This document shows, piece by piece, positions 29,601 to 35,947 of a DNA stretch of 35,947 nucleotides. Positions within the stretch are counted from its first letter, which is position 1; each line of letters begins with the position of its first letter. Origin of the DNA: Craspedostauros australis (lineage: Eukaryota); NCBI GenBank assembly GCA_030167865.1, contig JALAGF010000359.1, positions 1 to 35,947 on the forward strand. Reading direction: 5' to 3'. The notes beneath the pieces were generated by a model that worked only from the letters and a program-made list of their open reading frames with translations, was not told the origin of the DNA and searched no databases. Made by a program: the position numbers and the translations under genes.

Positions 29601-32090
29601 CTAATCATCGAACTGGGATGGATCGAGACCAAGTTCCTCGCAGAAGCTTTCGTAACGAAAGTTGGCGAGCTCTTCATCGGTGTAGAACATGGCATCGAGA
29701 AGGTCAGGACAGCTTTCCTTCTGGATGGCGAACGTCTCGATCTTTTCGGAGAACGTGACACTGCTGCTCGAGCTCGTGGCGGCCGTACAAATGCTCGCCT
29801 CGTCGTTGGCAGGTCTGTTGCTGAACCGCAGCGACGCGCGCGGTCGCAGGACGGATTGCAGCTTGCGCGTTGGCATGGAAGCTCGTTTGGGGGCGCGGCT
29901 CTTGGGTGCTGCCGCCGATGTGGTGGGCATGGACCGGCGTTTGGAAGGTGCGGAAGTGGACACCTTCGCGCCGATCGTTGAGGTTCCGCTGAAGATCTTG
30001 GCGCGTGCTTGGATGGAAGGCGATCGCAGGACGGATGGGAAGTTGGAGACGGGCTTGGAGGTCGTCGAGCCAAGACTGCGTTCCGAGACCTGCTTGATCA
30101 ATTGCCGCACGCTTCTGCGCGACCCATTGTTTCCCTTATCAGCATGTTCGTCATCATCGTCGATGTTGTTGAGCGCGATGGATGAGGCCGGCGATTGCAT
30201 GTCGATGGTGGATGGCGACGAGACCATGTCCATCGTCTCCACGATTGTGGAGATCTTGTGAACGTCAATGACGGCGACGCCCTCATCATTCTCGTCACAG
30301 GACGAGCCGGAAGCGGGAGAGTCGCATTGCGTGGATGTGACGGTGGGCACTGTGCTGTCGCTGCTCTCCTTGCTGACGTTGCGGCGCGTGGCAGCGAGGG
30401 CGGGAGAATCAAAGTTCTGGAACATCGTTGGGATGTTGGTTGTGGATTTCCTTGCCGACGACAGCTTCTTCAGGACGAGGCAGTGCTTTTCTTCGGACGA
30501 GATCTGTTTCATGGCGGATTGCTTGCTCATGTCGGAATGGCTGCGAGGACGCAGCTTCGCACTGACGCGCTTCTTGGTGAAGTTGGCAACGCTGCTGGAA
30601 CGTTCAAGGGCAACAGGCTTCGGCGTCTCTGCTTTGACGACATCACCATCTTCTTCATCGCCACCAAATGCCAGCACGTCATCATCGGAGCCGTCGTCAT
30701 CCGAAAGGCCCTTGCCGATGAGAGATTCGCTCGCGCTCATCTCGCTGACGATGCTGTGCACGCTGGCATTGAGCGTGCCGCGGAAGGATCCCGTGCGACT
30801 GCGACGCAGCTGCTTTGGCGAAGTGAATGCTATCTCCTCCGACTGGCGGCGTTGCTTCGTGTACAATGGTGGCGTGACATTGAGGCTCTGGAAGGAGGCG
30901 TGGAAGGCAGGCGGGATGGGCGATGCGGAAGACAACCCGCGCGGCACGCTGCGAGACATTGCTTTGAGCTTTGATTTGGCGGAACGGCGCGTCGGCGTCT
31001 GCGAAACAGAAGACTTGACAGGAGTGGGCGGTGTGCTCGGCGTATCGGACTGCAACGATACGGAATCATCATCAGCATCATCAGCATCCTCCATGATGGT
31101 GGTCCACACCGACGATGATTCGCTTTCGCTTTCGCTGAAGTAGATGCTGTCCTCCCCATCGCAGGCGCTGGCATCCTGAGGACTCGTCGTCGTCGACGTC
31201 GTCACCGTGGTCGCCTCATCGTCACAGTCATCGCTGAACTTGCGTTCAATGGACTGGACAAGCTCGCGCACGTTGCCACTCTTCGACTTCTTCTTGCTCT
31301 TCTTCGATTTTGATTTCGATTTGGAGGTGCTGCCGGTCTTCTTGGAAGACTTTGTCGTGCTGGTGGTTCCATCCTTGTTCTTCCTGTCTTTGGACGATCT
31401 CGATTTCGTTTTGCTCGTCTTCTTGTCCTTCTTCCTGGACTTCTTGCGTTGCGCAACGGGCTCGTTGTCGGTGGCGCAGGTGACATGCGTGATGATCATC
31501 TCGTTCGGAGCGCCGTCCGTGGATGGTTGCAACGAGACGGAACCTTCGAGACTGATGATCTGAGAACAGATGTCGCTGGCATGCGATGCGACATCGCCAT
31601 CGAAGAAGGAGTACGAGTCCAGATCGACATCCCCCTCCCCGAAGGACACTTCATCGCATGTGGGCGCCGTGCTGGACGTTGCCTGCCGCCGCAGTTCCTT
31701 GCTGTTCCCGTTGGCTTTGCTGCTCTTGCTGCCTTTGCTTTTTCGTTTGGCTTTGGAGTGCGTGCTGCTGTTGCTGAGCGGGTCTCTGCTCTTGCTCTTG
31801 CTTCTGCCCGAGGATGCTTTCGATTTCTTCTTATTCGTTGTCGTCATCGTAGGTGTTGTTGTTGATGATGTCTTGGATGTGGTCTTTGACAGGGCCTTTG
31901 ACGTGGTCTTGGACTTGGCTCCGCCCTTCACACCATCGTCGTCAGCCGCAGCCGGTGTCGCACGCCTGGTCTTTCTCATGGTTGTCAATGCGTTGCTGTC
32001 GCTACTGTCGGTGGCTTCACCCAACGCAGATGGATGTTGCGGAGTTGTGATACCTGTAGGTCTTGCATTGATTGCCATGGTCGCATTCAT
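29601..32090 (-). CDS. Hypothetical ~829-aa Ser/Lys/Asp-rich disordered protein with C-terminal VTF..(x)n..FYT.EE...F motif
   Basis: 836-codon open frame with first ATG at 32090. Lys/Ser-rich and acidic blocks. The only folded-looking part is the C-terminal SVTFSEKIETFAIQKESCPDLLDAMFYTDEELANFRYESFCEELGLDP. The start is uncertain. Confidence 0.78.
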   Translation of the reverse strand: MNATMAINARPTGITTPQHPSALGEATDSSDSNALTTMRKTRRATPAAADDDGVKGGAKSKTTSKALSKTTSKTSSTTTPTMTTTNKKKSKASSGRSKSKSRDPLSNSSTHSKAKRKSKGSKSSKANGNSKELRRQATSSTAPTCDEVSFGEGDVDLDSYSFFDGDVASHASDICSQIISLEGSVSLQPSTDGAPNEMIITHVTCATDNEPVAQRKKSRKKDKKTSKTKSRSSKDRKNKDGTTSTTKSSKKTGSTSKSKSKSKKSKKKSKSGNVRELVQSIERKFSDDCDDEATTVTTSTTTSPQDASACDGEDSIYFSESESESSSVWTTIMEDADDADDDSVSLQSDTPSTPPTPVKSSVSQTPTRRSAKSKLKAMSRSVPRGLSSASPIPPAFHASFQSLNVTPPLYTKQRRQSEEIAFTSPKQLRRSRTGSFRGTLNASVHSIVSEMSASESLIGKGLSDDDGSDDDVLAFGGDEEDGDVVKAETPKPVALERSSSVANFTKKRVSAKLRPRSHSDMSKQSAMKQISSEEKHCLVLKKLSSARKSTTNIPTMFQNFDSPALAATRRNVSKESSDSTVPTVTSTQCDSPASGSSCDENDEGVAVIDVHKISTIVETMDMVSSPSTIDMQSPASSIALNNIDDDDEHADKGNNGSRRSVRQLIKQVSERSLGSTTSKPVSNFPSVLRSPSIQARAKIFSGTSTIGAKVSTSAPSKRRSMPTTSAAAPKSRAPKRASMPTRKLQSVLRPRASLRFSNRPANDEASICTAATSSSSSVTFSEKIETFAIQKESCPDLLDAMFYTDEELANFRYESFCEELGLDPSQFDD

Positions 32091-35000
32091 TCTCGTTGGC
32101 CTTTCGCTCAACCTGTCTCACTCGTCTTCGTGCTCGCACAGTGTGAGAGTATCGGCAACTCAAGAGGGATGGATTGTGCCGCAATGTTGCGGATCGTACA
32201 GCAGAGTACTCAACTCTACTCGAAAGTCGGTATGATAAAGCGAGCGAGACACGAGCAGCCTGTTCGGTCAGAGAGTGGCGTCTCCGCGCAATGTGCACGG
32301 GTTCGTTGCTTGTTTGTTTGTTTGTGGTGCCTTGGCTTCTCGACGCTTCTCGCGGCGATGTTCGTGCAAGCGATGAGAGATAGTTCGATGGACACCTTTG
32401 TTGCTCGCCAATCACGGACTACTTCTGTCAATGATACGCAATGATGCCGATGGTCTTGGTGGGTGATCTTGCTGCCGCAACGGAGGAACACGACGGAATG
32501 CAAGAGCGACAGACAGAGAGGGGAGTTGGATGGTACGAATAACTGTGAGAACAGAACGCGGCATGATGATGCAAAAACAGACCAGCATCGTCACGCCAAG
32601 CATGTCCACAGACCCGTCGCGCCAGGTGATCGATCCTCCCCGAGTTGAACAACGATCAGGCAGACAAGAACGGAGGGCTGCGATGTAGTCCATCATGGTC
32701 GATGCCCAATCCTGGATGATGAGTGCTGGGTACTTGCGGCGTCCGCTCTTTGCCTCCACCGAGAGCAAGATCATGGGCAATCAATGCAATCGCACATCAC
32801 CAATTGCACAAAACGAGAGAGGTGGTGCGAAGGAGGCATCGCTTCATGTGGCACAGAGTGATTGTCATTGCATGGGACGTGGGACATGGAGACGTACCGT
32901 TGTTGTTGATGTTCTTGCTGTTCGCCGAAGATCTGATCTCGGTGCAGATGTTGATGCGGATGAAGACGGAGATGGAGATGTTGAGGTTGGGTATTAACAT
33001 TAACTTTGATCGCTCCAAGGGATGGAGACTCCTGTTGCTGAAGGCGAGTGGAAGTGTAATGTCGATTGTGGGGGAAGGTGTTGTGGAGAAGGCTGAGGAA
33101 ATCGACACAGACCAAGGGGAATGGCCATTGAGGGCGTTCGCAACGGAGCGCACCAACGCCAAGACGGGCTTGCATGTTGCTTCGCGTCTCCGTTTCACAT
33201 ACTTGCTCCGATACGCTCTATCTCTCTCTCTCTTGGTCTGTTTCTCTGTTACTGCGTTGGGTTGGCTTTACTACCAACGAAACAACCAGCGCAAACAGCG
33301 CAAACAATGAAAAAGAGAACACAACCACCGACGCAAACGACGCAAGCAACACAAATAACGTGGAAACGCTACAGCATCACACACAACGTCACGACGACAA
33401 CATCCGCACACACGTAGTTCACGCCCTTTTCCGGATCAAAAGTCCCAGTGGTCTGTCACATGCCCCTATTTGTTTAGTATAAAAGTAGTGTAATGTATCC
33501 AAACCGGCACTCACTGCGACACAGCCGTGATGAAAACTCCTCTTATCGGGCTTATTTATTATTGCGACAGATTAATTCTGCAACACACGTGAGCAATCAC
33601 GCAGAGAGCGATTTCATTCTTGATGGTCATGCGCCATCTCACACAGTCAACACCAACATCCAACATCCCGTTCAAAACAACGACCACAAAAAACGCCCTC
33701 CAATCGGAGTTCGGCAACAAAACAATTGCGAAGCGATTGCCCATCTCCCTTTCTACCCATACTCTGCTCGTGGTTGTATCACGCGTCGATCGACAAAGAA
33801 GACAACAACCAGACGTGACGGTTCAAGAATGCGTTTCTCGTTTGGGATCGCATGCATCAATCGCAAGGGGCCAGTGTTGTCGTTGTTGCTCCTCTATGAT
33901 GAGACATGAGCAACGTGCGTCCAAGACCAAACCAAAGATAGAAACAGCCAGCGACAACAAAACCCACAGCACAATGGTTCCCTGTGACGATAAAGCATGA
34001 ATTCACAAAGCCGCGAACGATCCCAACAACACGCGCCACGAAAACTCTTGTGAACAGTTGCGAGTCTTCGGCGTTTTTTTGCGCTGGGACAAAACCCAAT
34101 CGGCAATCATCTTCCACGCCTTGTGACCACGAAAGTAGCCCAACTGGCGCAGTTTTCTAGTCTTAGATGAAAACGGTTGTGACGCACAAAGGAACACAGC
34201 ACAATCGCCCCCCATAAACGGCGCTTCGTCTATGCCATATATGTTCGTTCGTTCGTGACACACGGTTCGATGCGATCCAGTCCCACGACTTCATCCACGA
34301 TCGTGAAATCAACACTTGTTTGGCTGTGTGACTGCGGGACTGCACAAACACAGGACTGGACTGGAAACGCTCAGTGATTTGATATTCTTAGAGCGAAGAC
34401 CGTTATTTGCACAGATACAAAACGATTGTGAACCTGCCTAACAGTTGATTCAGACAAGCCTACAACTACAATCACAAGAATGTCACACCTTTTGTCTGGC
34501 AGATGAATCAATTGTGGAACGTCTCCGTCTCTCCGTCGTCCTGGATACGACGAAAAGTCGCCAATATTGTCACATTCTCGATTCCAAAATTTCTAAAATT
34601 GTCCTGAACTTGTGCAAGTGGCTTCTCATTGTTGAGGGTGTGTGTTGCTCACAAATTCGGAGTTACGACCAAAAGCGAGGTGAACATGAACAAAGACACG
34701 AGCATCAATGATCCTGGGCGATGACGTTCCACAATACCCGCACTATTTTTCGTGCTGAGTCCGCAACCCATGCCTTTGAGGACATGTGCGCCGGGACAAT
34801 GGAAGGATGACGCGACGGCGCGGTACTTGGCGGTACTTGGAGCTACTTGGGGCTTGGCATGCGGTTTCCCGCCATTCCTTGAAGGTTCCATGGCAACGAA
34901 ACGACACGGAACGATCTCATCTCCTCAGCCAAGTCAACGAATGCGCCAGATACGATCCACAGAATACGCAAGAGACGTCCCTGCCAATGCGACAGTTTTG

Positions 35001-35947
35001 GGGCATCATGGACGATGACCATCGTTTTTCACGATTCCATCGGCATCAAAGACGGGTGGCTGTGGCTTCAGTCTGACGCGATCCTTCCTCAGCCGTTGCC
35101 ATTCCGCAGGAGGCGCCGTTCTCCACCGATACGAGTCTGCAGCGCGACGGGTGACATGAAATCACGATCTTTCGATTGGACAAGTCGGCGCCGCCGGGTG
35201 GATCTGCACGGTCCCAATGCAATCATCAACACCAACACCACTATCATCGTAGTACGAGTATGACTTCCCCAAAAGCTGTCAATCGGCACCTACGGCATCT
35301 CACTTGGCCTGGTGGCCAGCAACTTGCCATGGAATCAAGGAGTCACAGAGAACAGACGACGGGCGACAGACGACAGCATTGCTACTCGATGCGACAGTCC
35401 CAACCATGTTGCCCACGGCCCCTCGCGATGACAATTCCTCGCTCGCATTTCAGGCATCTTATTGAGCACGTGTACACCCGTGCCGACTCTGTGGTCGCCA
35501 TCAATAACCCTTCCACAGTCTTGCATGCACGCCGTGGCAGACTGACAAGATGGAGGGACAGAAGGATGGAAGATACGAGGCGACGGAATATTGACGGCCT
35601 GACTCGACCACGATATTAGCACAATGCTTTATTCACCTGATTCGTTTTCTGATTAGTCTGTCCTTGTATGTGCTGAAACGATGCTTTACTCAGACACATG
35701 AATTTCGGCATAAGGGACACACTAGGGAACATCAGAGATTCGGTCTGGCCACCACCCGGCAAACATGTGATGTCCAATTCGACCTGATATACTTCCCAAC
35801 TAAACCTGAAATGACAACACACCCGACGACCTCAAGCATCATCAATGGAATGTGGAATCGACAGAGCCATGGAACAGTGATGAGTGACGTCGACACAGAA
35901 GACATCATCGCCACATCATGGGTCATCTCCACATCAGAACAAGATCG

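Noticed and set aside
33980-34300. T-run at 34074-34080 and ggttcga at ~34264 as a possible tRNA/Pol III gene
   Set aside because: No cloverleaf, acceptor stem or A-box could be built around them.
34400-35947. Short ORFs at the right end
   Set aside because: All under 150 aa, overlapping on both strands, with no motif or codon bias.

Overview
Eukaryotic nuclear DNA, most likely from a diatom. This is inferred from GT-AG spliceosomal introns, a Nup93/Nic96 nucleoporin and three genes of the diatom-expanded DUF6824 family. Seven protein-coding genes are supported. Three are paralogues with a CRAL-TRIO/Sec14-like domain fused to a C-terminal DUF6824-type domain and a basic tail (645-3593 +, 10959-13656 + with one intron, 24031-25689 -). 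One is an intronless 1617-aa STAND/AAA NTPase-TPR protein with no recognisable effector domain and variant catalytic motifs (4209-9062 -), lying between two of those paralogues. The others are a ~1000-aa coiled-coil/low-complexity protein (14463-17468 -), a three-exon Nup93/Nic96 (26435-29246 -) and an ~830-aa disordered protein with a short conserved-looking C-terminal motif (29601-32090 -). About 18.0-23.7 kb and 32.2-35.9 kb have no gene I can identify. No rRNA, tRNA, CRISPR array or recognisable transposase was seen. The most interesting candidate system is the CRAL-TRIO-DUF6824 cluster (possible lipid-ligand-gated nuclear regulators) flanking an effector-less NLR-like NTPase. All domain calls come from motif recognition by eye, not from database searches.
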